This document shows, one piece after another, positions 23,516 through 34,649 of a stretch of DNA of 63,152 nt. The notes beneath the pieces were generated by a model. It was not told the origin of the DNA. It saw nothing but the letters and a program-made list of their open reading frames with translations, and ran no database searches. The number at the start of each line of letters is the position of its first letter. Position 1 is the stretch's first letter. The translations under genes were made by a program, and so were the position numbers. This stretch comes from Pelomyxa schiedti (taxonomy: Eukaryota > Protista > Evosea): contig JAHLWZ010000414.1 of assembly GCA_020536535.1 (NCBI GenBank), positions 1 through 63,152 of the forward strand. Reading direction: 5' to 3'.

Positions 23516-24310
23516 AGTAAATAATGTAAATTGGCTTTCCTTTATACTCATTGAATGGGCCTAGTGTTTGATTACGGATTGTGGTGGTGAGGCCCAGAAT
23601 ATCGTGACACGCATCAAGGCAGCTTCTCTAAGGCCCATCGGTGCATTGTTTACACACGGTCACTTTGACCACACTATGAGCTCTGGAACGTTAAAGAAGT
23701 TGTTGCCAGATGTTCCACTTATCTTACACAAGGTTCCTCACTTTCCACAAAATACAACTTTTTTTTTTTTTAATACTTGTGTACTTATTGCATCTCCTAC
23801 TTTGCAGAGGGATGTGCCAATCTGGGATTTAATGCAGCGGCATTGCGAAATGTTTGGGTGCACAGCACCTGAGCCTCTTCCCCCACCCGATAAGTTTGTG
23901 GCTGAGGGTGAGGAAATTGCTGTATGTACTACTCCGAAGAGGGGCTAACAAGTTAATGTGCTCTCGCTCCCTATTACAGATTGGTAGCGCACGGGGCGTG
24001 ACACTCGAAACCCCAGGCCATACACCTGGTGGAATATGCCTCTATTTTGCTGCTGAAAAACTCCTTATTGCAGGAGATACCCTGTTTTTGGAAAGGTTTC
24101 GAATTCTCGAATTCTTTCTAAGCACCACTCACTCTTTTTTGTAGTTATGGTCGCACAGACCTTGAGGGTGGTGATGAAGATACACTCTTCAGATCACTTG
24201 ACAAACTTCTGGCACTTCCTCCTGACGTAACAGTTATAACAGGACATGGTGAATCAACAACAATTGGATATGAAAAAAAGCACAACATGTATTCACGATA
24301 TGGTCATTAA
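23352..24310 (+). CDS. MBL-fold metallo-hydrolase, glyoxalase II-like (YcbL/GloC type), multi-exon
   Basis: ANCSII, ITDCGGE, THGHFDH, TPGHTPG, IAGDTLF, YGRTDLEGGD and VITGHGESTTIGYEK across 5 exons. Confidence 0.9.
23471..23514. repeat. Poly-T tract (44 nt) in intron 1 of the MBL hydrolase
   Basis: Seen directly. Confidence 0.9.
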
Positions 24311-24332
24311 AAAGGAAATTTTAAAACCAATT

Positions 24333-25213
24333 TTATCTTTGAATTGAGAGCTTCTCTGCCAATACTATTGCTTGCAAAGATTTTACCGACTTGTTATGTT
24401 AGTTAGGGGCTATAACTCAAAATCTGGCATCACCTCATTTACAAATTCGTTTATAATCAAATAGTCATACAAGTTGACATGCTTCTGCTCAGATGATGCC
24501 TCAGACATTCGGCGTTGTATGACCTATCTTCTATGAGAAAAAGTTGTTTTGTAAGAATTGAAAGAACCTCTTCTGTGTCTGCATTTCGGAACCGAAGGCG
24601 GTCTTCTAGAACTTGTATACTTGGTGCTGCCATAAACACAAGAACCACAGGTAGCTGCACAGCGGACTTATTCTCATCGTAAAATGTACTGCCCAGGCGT
24701 GACTTGATACTCTGAGCACCCTCAACACTCACATCGTTAATTAAAGAGATTCCCCCTAGAAGATGCTCCACCACAAAGTTTTTTGGCGTTCCGTAATGGT
24801 GGCCATACATCTAAAGCACAAAGGTCAAGCTGAATACAGAGAGGTAAAACAAGGTACGTTTGCATATTCCAAAAGGTCATTGGATTCCACTCTTCTCTTG
24901 AACTCCTCTTCATCAACAAAGAAGTAATCCACTGTTTGGCGAGTTAGTGTTTGGGAAGCTCTTATTTGTTATAAGGGAAACACCTCCATCAACTTCATTG
25001 TGTCTCCTTGGCCGTGTAGTAACACTTATGCAACGAGCAAAACCAGGTGTCTCACTCAAGAACCTGGTACAACAAAATCAGTGGTTTAAATGGAACGGGC
25101 ATAAAAACTGCGTGAATAGTGGGGAAGCTGCAATTCTTGTTTGGTTGTGATACAAACGCATTGATTACAGTGGATTTGCCACTGCCACTAGGTCCAGAAA
25201 CAAGGACAAGCAT
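24333..25213 (-). CDS. Guanylate kinase (multi-exon; 5' end may extend to about 25300-25530)
   Basis: VSGPSGSGKST, SVTTRPRRHNEVDG|VDYFFV, LEYAN|MYGHHYGTP, DVSVEGAQSI, VFMAAPSIQVLEDRLRFR, YDYLIIN. Confidence 0.9.
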
Positions 25214-25645
25214 AGACTCTATTTTGTGTGGTGCAACTTCTTCTTCCTCAGGAACCAAAGAAGTAGTACTATTATCCTCCTCAATCTTTGGTTTAAAAAC
25301 AAAAGTGGAGGAGGGTTTCCAATAAATGCCAACGACATGTCGATTGAACTCGATTGAACGAAGAAGTTGAAACGTACATGGAGAAATACGTAGGTGAAAA
25401 TTAAGACGCAACATAGAACTATCACCGCAGAACTGCACCCAATCACCGGCCCTTGCATTTTCGTTTTTAACGTTTTCCAACTCTCCGAATAGTTGGGACT
25501 GGGGGCGACTGAGGCCGCTCATTGCTCCACCCACATCACCCCACTCCTCATCTCCTACATGGTGGCTAAGATGAGTGCCTGAGTAAGATCTGGGGGCTGC
25601 AGTTGCACAGGAAACAAATTACAGATTAATTGCCCCCTATCGGCG

Positions 25646-26900
25646 ATGGCACAGACGGACGACGCAGTGACAAAGACGGTGACAGTGAAGATCGAAGACG
25701 AAGACGAGGAAGAGGAGATCACGAACCACCACAACACCACCGCCACAACCACAACAACCACGAAAAACACGCAGCGGAGTAGTGCCACCGCCGCTAGAAA
25801 AAAGAAGCGATCAAAAAAGGGAAGAAAGGGTGCTGACGTAGCGGCGTTTGAAATCGGAGATTCGGGCGACGACGGCAGCGAATCGGAAGAGGTTTCGCTT
25901 TTTTGCTCTCTCTTTCTCCTTTCTCCTCTCTCTTTTTTTTTTTTCCCTGTTATTACGCTTTTTTCATGTTTTGGGCCACTTTTTTTTTATTAAAAAAAAA
26001 AAATTGCGCAAGTATGTTCAGCGTTCTTGTACTTACTCTCACTGCAGGTACATGCCGGAACCAAGAGAAGGAGAGGCGGTGAGCTGACTCCAGAGATACG
26101 AGCAGCAATTACTCAAAAAAAACTTGCACACCACTCGGGCAGCACCACGTGCTTTGTCACAGCTTTGGATCCCTCCCTCACTGTCGCTGAGATTAGATCG
26201 TACTTTGCCTGTTGTCCAGGATACCGCGGCTTCACCCTTTTGACAGACCAAGCAACTGGTGCAAGCAAATGGTACCATTGCCCTGTTGAGTATCTTCACT
26301 GATCTTTACACATAAGCACGGGTTTTGTGTTTTTTGAAACAGCAGATCAAGCACGAGTGTGCGTTGCAAAAACGGACGGGAAGAAACTGAAAAATCACTT
26401 CATGCAAGTCAGTCAAACACGAGACAGAGGTAACTTACCCCACTTGCACCAGCTGTCTCACTTTTTTTTTTTAGTGGACAAATATAAGCCAACAGTGTCT
26501 GTTAAGTGGGCGTCTACAGATAAATGGGCACTCACCGTTAAGGGGCTTGACACCAGAACAACACAACAGCAAGTGACAGCTTTGTTCAAGAAATGCCCTG
26601 GATTTAAGTTCTTCAAGCTTACAAAAAAGCATGGCATCAGTGTGGGGTTAGTGAAGTCAGGCACACACCTAAATCTAACTCACCTTACAGCATCGGGTTG
26701 GCTACTTTTCAATCAGAGAACCACTTAGTGGCAGCAAAACTTCTCCTGAAAGACGAAACAATAAACGGGAAGCCATTCATGGTTTTTAGGAAAGGTTTTA
26801 AAACACATTCCTGTCTCCAAAAAACCCTCACCTCCAAACAGACCTGAAAATATAACCCCACTCCCAACCCGGCAAAATGCATGTTGTTATGTATGTGAAT
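25646..26900 (+). CDS. RNA-binding protein with two RRM domains and acidic/basic N-terminus (multi-exon; 3' end approximate)
   Basis: RNP2-like CFVTALDP and LTVKGLD; RNP1-like ASK..GFVFFE and IGLATFQS; NLS-like RKKKRSKKGRK. Confidence 0.75.
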
Positions 26901-27068
26901 TCCCCTCACCCCGCCGGCCCCAGACCACACCCCCCAAGTGCTTCCCATGCCTTTGCCATTCCATCAATTCCCTATTCGTTTTCACCAAAAAAAAAAAAAA
27001 CAAAACCGAAAATCAAAAAAAACTCTCACAACAACGAACCAACAGACAACACCAAGCAACAAAACAAA

Positions 27069-28700
27069 ATGCTCGACTTTTCCAAGTGGCGCAAGGACAA
27101 GCCCACACGAACCAAGGAGCAGCAGCTGCCCGAGCTTGGGCCAGAGGAAGAAGCACGGCAGGCCTCTGGGAGGCTGGTGACGTGGGGCAGGGGGACTTAT
27201 GGGAGGTGCGGCAACGGGAGCGAGGACGACGTGGTGGCGCCCAGGCTGATGCCCAGGCTCACGCACGTGGTCGCAGTCGCGTGCGGCGCGGGGCACTCCT
27301 TGTGTGTCACTGTGGGTCTGTAGTACTGGTGGTCACGTCCTTGTGGCGGGATTATGGGTTGGGATGGGGGAGGACTGACTGCTGTGTGGGTGTATGAATG
27401 TGACTTTGTGCTTTTGGAATATGTTTGTTTGTTTACATTACTCTGTTTGTGCTCACTTTGCTGTTTTGTTTTTTTAGAGGGAAGAGCTCTTGCTTGGGGA
27501 AAGAATTACTTGGGACAGCTTGGGGTCGGGGATGAGGATGATAGGCACTATCCTGCTATGGTGGAAGGATTGAACGGTGTAAGGATATCAAAGGTCTCTG
27601 GTGGTGGAAACTACAGTGCATTTTTGTCTCAAGGTTCTTTTCCATTTTCTTTCTGTAATTTCGAGTGTCTGAAATACCCAAGATGGAGAATTGTTCACAA
27701 CCGGATGTGGATTTTTCCATGCCACTGGGCATCCCTCTGAGAAAGTATTTCCTCTTCCACCAATGAAATGAACATGACCGCCTTGTTCCTCATTTTCCCT
27801 CAGCATCTCAGCATTCCGACAAAAGTTGCTGCACTGAAAGGACATCATGTTGTGGATGTCAGCTGCGGGGCCATACACGGCGTTGCCTTGTGTGATGAGG
27901 GTGTATGTTTCTCATGGGGAGAGAATGATGTTGGGCAATGTGGCGTAGGCTGTGTTTCAAAACATGTTCCCGAGCCATCCCCAGTTGCATTGCCACCAGG
28001 ACTTCTTATAAAGCACATATCCTGCGGAAAGAAGTGGTGTGGAGTAATCACAAAAACAGGAGAACTGTATGCTACCCCTTCTAAAGTATTTGTAATAATC
28101 ACTCCTTCACCCAACTCCTAAACTGACACCTGCCAAGTGAACCAAACACCACACATCCATCCATAATATATTTATTGATTACACTGGACCCACACCACTG
28201 CACTAAAACCACAACACAGGTGGCTGTGGGGCAAAGGCCCAATGACCACAGACCCAGTACCCCAGCCCATCAACCACGCACTCCCGCAGCCCGCGGCGTC
28301 CTGCTCGTGCTCCCACTTCCACATGCTCGCGCTCCTCGCGGACGGCTCCGTGTGGGCCTCGGGCACCCTCAACCTCTACGGCGCCCTGGGCAGCGGCACC
28401 CGCGAGCCCACCGCCCGCGGCGCGGGCGTGGCCATGCAGCACCCCCCGGGCGTGGCCGTGGCCAGCCTGCACACCGGCGTGCACCACTCCCTGCTCCGCA
28501 GCGCCTCCGGCGACGTCTACGTGTGCGGCGACGACCTGTTCGGGGACAACACCCCGGGGCAGCCCAGGCTCCCCATGGACACCCCCGTGCACACGGACCA
28601 GCTCGTGCCCGTGAGGGTCGCCCTGGGCCCGCTGGCCGACGGCAGGGTAGCTGCTTTGGCCTGCAACACGTTCCACATGCTGGTTGCTACCTCTCTGTGA
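27069..28700 (+). CDS. RCC1-repeat protein (multi-exon)
   Basis: TWGRGTYGRCG, VACGAGHSL, AWGKNYLGQLGVGD, VSCGAIHGVAL..SWGENDVGQCG, VASLHTGVHHSLL. Confidence 0.9.
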
Positions 28701-28905
28701 CATGTACCCCAGCCACCTCCCTTCCCCTTTTTCTTCTCCATAAGTCCACCTTTGGAAAAATTGGACCAAACACAAAAAAGGACCTGTTTTTTTCTGAAAC
28801 GGCGTTTCAGGCCGAACTTGTATTGGTTTTTCGGCTCATAATTATAGAGGGTGATGGTGGCGGGTGTGTGACTGTATGCACAGGTTGAGTGAGTGTGGGT
28901 GGATT

Positions 28906-31900
28906 TTAGGAGGATAGTTTAGACTGCCATGTACTGTAGTTGGATTCCAGCACTGTGTGGAGTCCACTTGACAAAGAGGGAGTAAAAAGCTGTGACACAC
29001 ATGTGAGTAGCGGTGCTACAACAAACGATATGAAAGTGCTCTGTGCCTTGTACGATAGTGAGTGCCGGTTATTAGTTATATTTTTGGGAGGTACCTTGGG
29101 CAGGTTGGGTGTAAGTCTGTCGGCAAATGGCGATTTTGGCATCTGATGGGTTTCCTCCTGGTCTCCTTGACGGTACCACTCCTCAGTAAAGAGAGAGGCC
29201 CATCTGTGGCAAGTATCCCTTTTAGTGTTAGTCTGGCTCAAGTTCGATTTACTTTCGTAGCATACCACGGTCTAATAGGATTGCTGACATCTGCAAGTTT
29301 GAGTAACATCTTCAAAACAAGAACGACATCATCCTACTGATGTGAGTTGGGAGTATGGGATTGGATTTTGACCTCTACTGTGTAGTCCAGAGCAGCGCTA
29401 GCTATTCTTGTTTTAAAGTGACTCAATAAATCAACGTGGCTCGCCATACTTCATGGGAAACATCAGACGTCGTTAGTGTATCAGTAACTTACTCAGTGGC
29501 AAGAACACATCGTGTAACCATGCGGTGAAACTCAAGTAATTTCTCCTATGTGAAAGAGAATAAAAAAGGATAACATGAAAAAAGGCACTACATGTGATAG
29601 ACATTTGAGCCAGTTGTTCTCGCCATTAAGTGTCAGTTTAAAGGCTTCTGTGGCATGCATGTTCTCCAGAATCTACGCAGAGATTAAAAAGATTAATTAA
29701 CAGGTATTTCTACCGAAATTCCGTTGTACTTGAAGGCGAGGGGATCTAGGAGGCGATACAAAAAATTGGAATTTACACCTAGAAACTTTTCCTTACAAAG
29801 TAAAAAAAAAAGCTGGATTCAACACCTGGATGATTGAAGTCGTGAATGATTCCACTTGTAAATAGGCACAATTTTGCAAATGGGGGGATTTCTTTTTCGA
29901 GATTCAATACAAAAACATTCAGCGCCTGCAACACATCGGCAGCATGAACACTTTTAAAATAAGGTAAGTTTAACTCAAAGAGGGTTTGGTTTTTTTTCTT
30001 TTCCTCACCAGTTGTGATAGGGATTGTTCAGATACCTTGAAGGCAATAAATGAACAATTCGAATACTGGAGTATAAATATAACCGCAATCAATACCCATT
30101 GGTGATATCTCCTAACCAGCCTTGGAATAAATCTTCATCTATCAGGAACTTTGTGATCAAATCATGACGTTTGAACACAGTGAATGCCAAGTGGCTCAAA
30201 GCACCTTCTAAATACATATTCAATTTGACGTAAGGAACTGACCCAGTTACCTAGGTGGAATTCAAATATAGGGAAAGACCATTGGTCAAGCATGCCTGGG
30301 TCCGCACATGCTTCTGGTGACACCACCTCACCACTGGGTCTAAGGAAAATCAGTGATGAATAAAAAACATGTTCAAATAGATTTGTTCATACACTATTAC
30401 TTCTTCAGAGTCCTTTCCTAGTTTAGATTCCACCAGTTGTTCTTGTAGGTAAGCATCCACTTCAGCGTCGATGTCTAGATTTGGTGGTTACTGAGGAAAA
30501 AAATATGAAAGTTTGGAACCCCACCAAGACCAATTTTTTTCTTGGCAATGTAATCTGCCCTGTGCAGGCCATCTGATGCTATAAGGTGAATAATTTTATC
30601 CAATGACGCGTGGTCTTCAGTAGAAAGTCCTTTTTTTTTTACGTTAAACTCGCATCTGCAGAAAGATGGTACTACGGGTCTTGTTTCGTATGGAAATTAG
30701 CTTTTTTATTGATTCCTCCGCTGGTGTGTTAAGTAGATGGCTGTGCATATAGAAAGATCGACTTGCCTATATATCATGAGCAACTCAAAGAAGGAGGAAT
30801 CCGAAGGTACTTTGTTCCGGAAATGATACACAACAAAAACTGCTGCAATCAAACAAAGCAGAAGAAGAAAAGAAAACGAGCCAACAGTAGCTCCGACAAC
30901 AGCCGTTTTTGACTTGTGAACTAAAATGTATCAGTAAGTACGTGTTTGCAGTAGTATCCTCACCAAGTCGGATATCAATTGGAACACTGTAAGACTTGCT
31001 AAAGCACAAACTGAATTTAGTTGCGGAATCATGCACAGTAACCATGATAGATGTTGAGAATGGCAGTATCCCACCTTTGTACGAGAAATACACTGATGCA
31101 TTCCCAGTACTGACGGGAATACCATCTTGAGGCCAGCCTGTGTCAGTGGGTTAGTTTTGTACACAACATGCTAGGTTTTTTCACTCACTTGTTGTCAACC
31201 AAGATGAAGAATTGGTGATAAGCAGAGCGTGAAGAGGTACTCGCCCACGATTGATCAAAGTGAGGTTAAAGTTGATGGACTTCGATTGTTCAACAATCAA
31301 AACTACGGATTGTGGGAAGATTTCAAAGTCATCATCTGTGAAAGAGATTAACCCATCAAGGTCACACGGTGTTATGATCACCAGAGATTAAATTTTTAAC
31401 TGGAGTCGCAATTGAGAGAACCCAACTCATTGATTCCATTGGGCGGCGTGTAAATATCCATTCTTGATCGCGCAAAGTGATAGAGGAATATCCTGGCTCA
31501 GTCAACTCAGACAGAAACTAATTACATGGCTTAAATTCACATTATAATGTCCAAGACTTCAGATTCACCTGCGAAAAATTTGCCAAACAGTTTGAGTTGT
31601 ACAGGCAGGAGCTTGTAAGGGTGCTGAAGTTATAACTTCCAAAAAGAGTTGTATAGGCAGCTTTTGAGGCTGTTAAAACACAGCCTCGAGTGGATAGCAG
31701 CAGACCAAAACCTGCGTATACGGTGAAAATCACAGTAAGATTGGGCTTCCTGTTGATTACCACCAGGAGTGGAGACAAGACTTTCAAATACTGATGTAGT
31801 CCCAGACATTGCAAGAGTGGCATATATCCCCCCCAAGAAATTATCTTCGTAATCGTAAAGGGGAGTAATGAATTGGATCTGCATTTCTGAGACAGAAGAA

Positions 31901-33057
31901 GCAATGAGGAGAGATGAAGCTAATCAAGTGGGTATCAAGGCACACCCCATCCAGGAAAGTACGGATCAGACCAATATGACAGTCTTTCAGGATTAACATC
32001 AGGCTTGATAAAGGGGTAGAATGCTGCCGTAAAATTTGGGGTCCCTGGCACCATTAACATCATTTGAGTGCAAAGTGAACACTTACCAGAATATTCCACC
32101 AAAGTAATATTCCAGGAGCGCCATATGGACCACGGGGTGATGTACATACTGCAAGAAGTGTTACGGAATACTGCTGTAAAAAAAGAGTGCGGGTAAATTA
32201 GATACCCCCATAAGTCATCATTCACAAAGGACCACATTTTGGTGACACCTCTTGTGTATTCCCAGAAGTGGGGAATAACTGACTGAAGATGCACAGACAT
32301 CGCCAGTAAACGAGACATAGTGCAAAAATGTTCACATGACAATCCCCAGCCATCACCAGCATATGGATGTTCAATGTGCCAAAGGCGCCAGTAAGGATTG
32401 CATGAACAAGAATCGTTAAGGTTAATGGGGACGGGTATCAAAGAGGCCAGTCTAATATAAGTCTGTACAAAAGAGACAAAGCTTGTAAATACGCCAAGAT
32501 AAATAAATGTATGCAGTTTTAGTAGTTGCAGCTAATCTTCTTACCTCAATTTCTCTGTTTGTATGATAATCTAGACCAGCACCCTTGGTGACTCCTCTCT
32601 GACATATAGAGACATGATTGTAAAAATAAGAATCCTTCACATCAGCATCCAAATCACTGTGGTAAAAGTATTGCAACAAGGGCACTAGTCCCTCAACCAT
32701 CTTAAAACAAGATTAATCTCCTGAAGGGAAAAAAAAAAAAAAAAGAAACAACAAAAAAAGAAAGTTCAAAAACTTTCAACAACGACACGAATGGCAACAC
32801 ACAGATTGGATCTGAACGAAGAGAGGCTCCACGGAATCGGACGTGGTTGCCGTGAGCGCCAACATCCCCTCCATCGTGCACACGCCCCATTCCTCCCCGG
32901 TAGCAGAAGCTGCTGTAGCTTCTGCTCTCGTTTCTGCGGGACCTCCTTGAGAGACGCCGCCGGCGGCTGTTGTAGAGATTGTTGACAGCAGCAGCATCAA
33001 CGACGCAACCGCCACCACAGGCACAACGCCACCAGGAGGGAAACGTGATCTCCTCAT
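28906..33057 (-). CDS. Receptor-type class I 3',5'-cyclic nucleotide phosphodiesterase: signal peptide, Cache-like sensor, Ig-like domain, single TM, PDE domain (multi-exon)
   Basis: PDE motifs NPYHN..HAADV, IIHDFNHPG, ILENMHA, VLAT(D)M, KLADVSNP, EEWYRQGD, AQSTFISFVV. TM AVVGATVGSFSFLLLLCLIAAVFVVY. Cache-like YWSDPY..ITPLY..FLGGIYATL..FGLLLSTRGCVL. Confidence 0.8.
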
Positions 33058-33539
33058 CCAACACGCGGATCTGTATCTACGTTCGGGTGTTGTCGCGGCT
33101 TGTTGAGTGTTTCGCTGCCCGGGTTTCATGCCTGTTGTGTGTTCCGGTTACTGATCTTTTCTCCGAATGGAGGACTTCCTCTTCTGGAAGTGGAGGCGCA
33201 TTTCCGACCAGTTCTTAGAGCCCTGAGTCCCACTACAACCCCCACTTCCCTCAAGGGCCCTAGAGTACAGACCCTCCTCTGAGTTGTGGGTTTCGTCTGT
33301 TGGAGAGGATCCAATGACATTCCTTCTTTGAGCTACTGTTTCACAGAATTGACTCAATTCGCAAAAAGAAAACGATGTCCCGGACGACACGGCGAACCTG
33401 TGTCCCTACAATTTGACACAGCAACACCATCACCGTCAACAACAACGGCAGCAGTGCCGAAAGAAAACGGTTTACCGACAAAACTTCAGGGCACGGACAA
33501 ACCCGCTGAACCCAAAGCCCAGAACAAATCCTACGACGG

Positions 33540-34375
33540 TTCGCGCTCAGCCAAAAGGCAACAAGAAGGCGACCAGAGCCTCCCAAGAGGATAAAACGTG
33601 GAACGTGACATCGTAAATGCAGATCAAAGCCCTGGCCATAGTCACACACCCACGATACAAGCCCTCTTGGGTGGAGAAAGTACCGAATTGTGGCGTAGCC
33701 ATCAGAGTGGTGGGAATGGATTCAGGAGCAGTCTAGTATTTCTGCATTATTTGTGCTGGCAATGAACCTTGCCTTTGCGGTTTCCACGCTTGATGGTGAG
33801 AAAGGGAGACCGTCACTTCTTGAGAGACCGGAAACAAGGCACAATGACCACTCGGTTCGATTATTGTTTTGGCACGCATGCAAACGGGAAATGGTTCGTT
33901 CTGTGCTCTAGAGAGCTACCCCTTGATCCCTATGATGGCCAAGATGGAGACTTGATGCTTCTCCAGTTCCGAGTAAGTGAAGAGCACTTTGAGCTTGTTT
34001 GCACAGACCGTTTTCTATTGAGTGGAAGAGAGGACCTGCAAGGTGGAGCCAACCTTTCCACGCGACATCCTTTATGATGACCGTGCCAGAATCTTAGGGC
34101 TCGACATGTCGCACCTGTGTCTATACAAGGACGCCACATACTCCGGGGGAGACGGGCAAGACCACAGAGGATCAGCTTATGATTACAAAGTGTGGGATGT
34201 CAACGATATGACCAACGTAAAGAGGAAGAAACTCGCAGGCGGGAATTCGTGTGAATGTGCATTTGTTGAAAGTGGCCTGCTGTTCACATTAACATCCAGC
34301 CACAAGATTAATGTGGTCGAGGAACTCTCTGGCACTCATGTCGTCACCTTCGAGTTGCACAGAAGCCTGCAATAA
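33540..34375 (+). pseudogene. Decayed paralog of the 17076-19145 orphan-family gene
   Basis: QEDKTWNVTS*MQIKALAIVTHPRYKPSW..PNCGVAI, NGKWFVLCS, DLMLLQFR, YDYKVWDV and FVESGLLFT..INVVEELSGTHVVTF align to the 17076 protein. Stops, frameshifts and large internal deletions. Confidence 0.8.
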
Positions 34376-34649
34376 GTTACAGCCCACTTCTCCACCCCTG
34401 TTCTGCCTCCTCATATTAATGGCTCAAGCAACCCAGCTTCGGGCTCAGTGATTGGCCCAGCGATTCAGATGAACGCTTCTACCAAGGCCAACCTCACTGA
34501 TCTTTGAGAGAATAATAATAAAAATAATTGCCTAACGGATTCGGCCTCCAGTATTTTTGTTGTTTCCGTTGCTTGGTGAAGAGTGATCAATCTAGGAATC
34601 AACCCCACAGATTGAAGCATAAACCGACAATCAAACCATCAAATCAACA

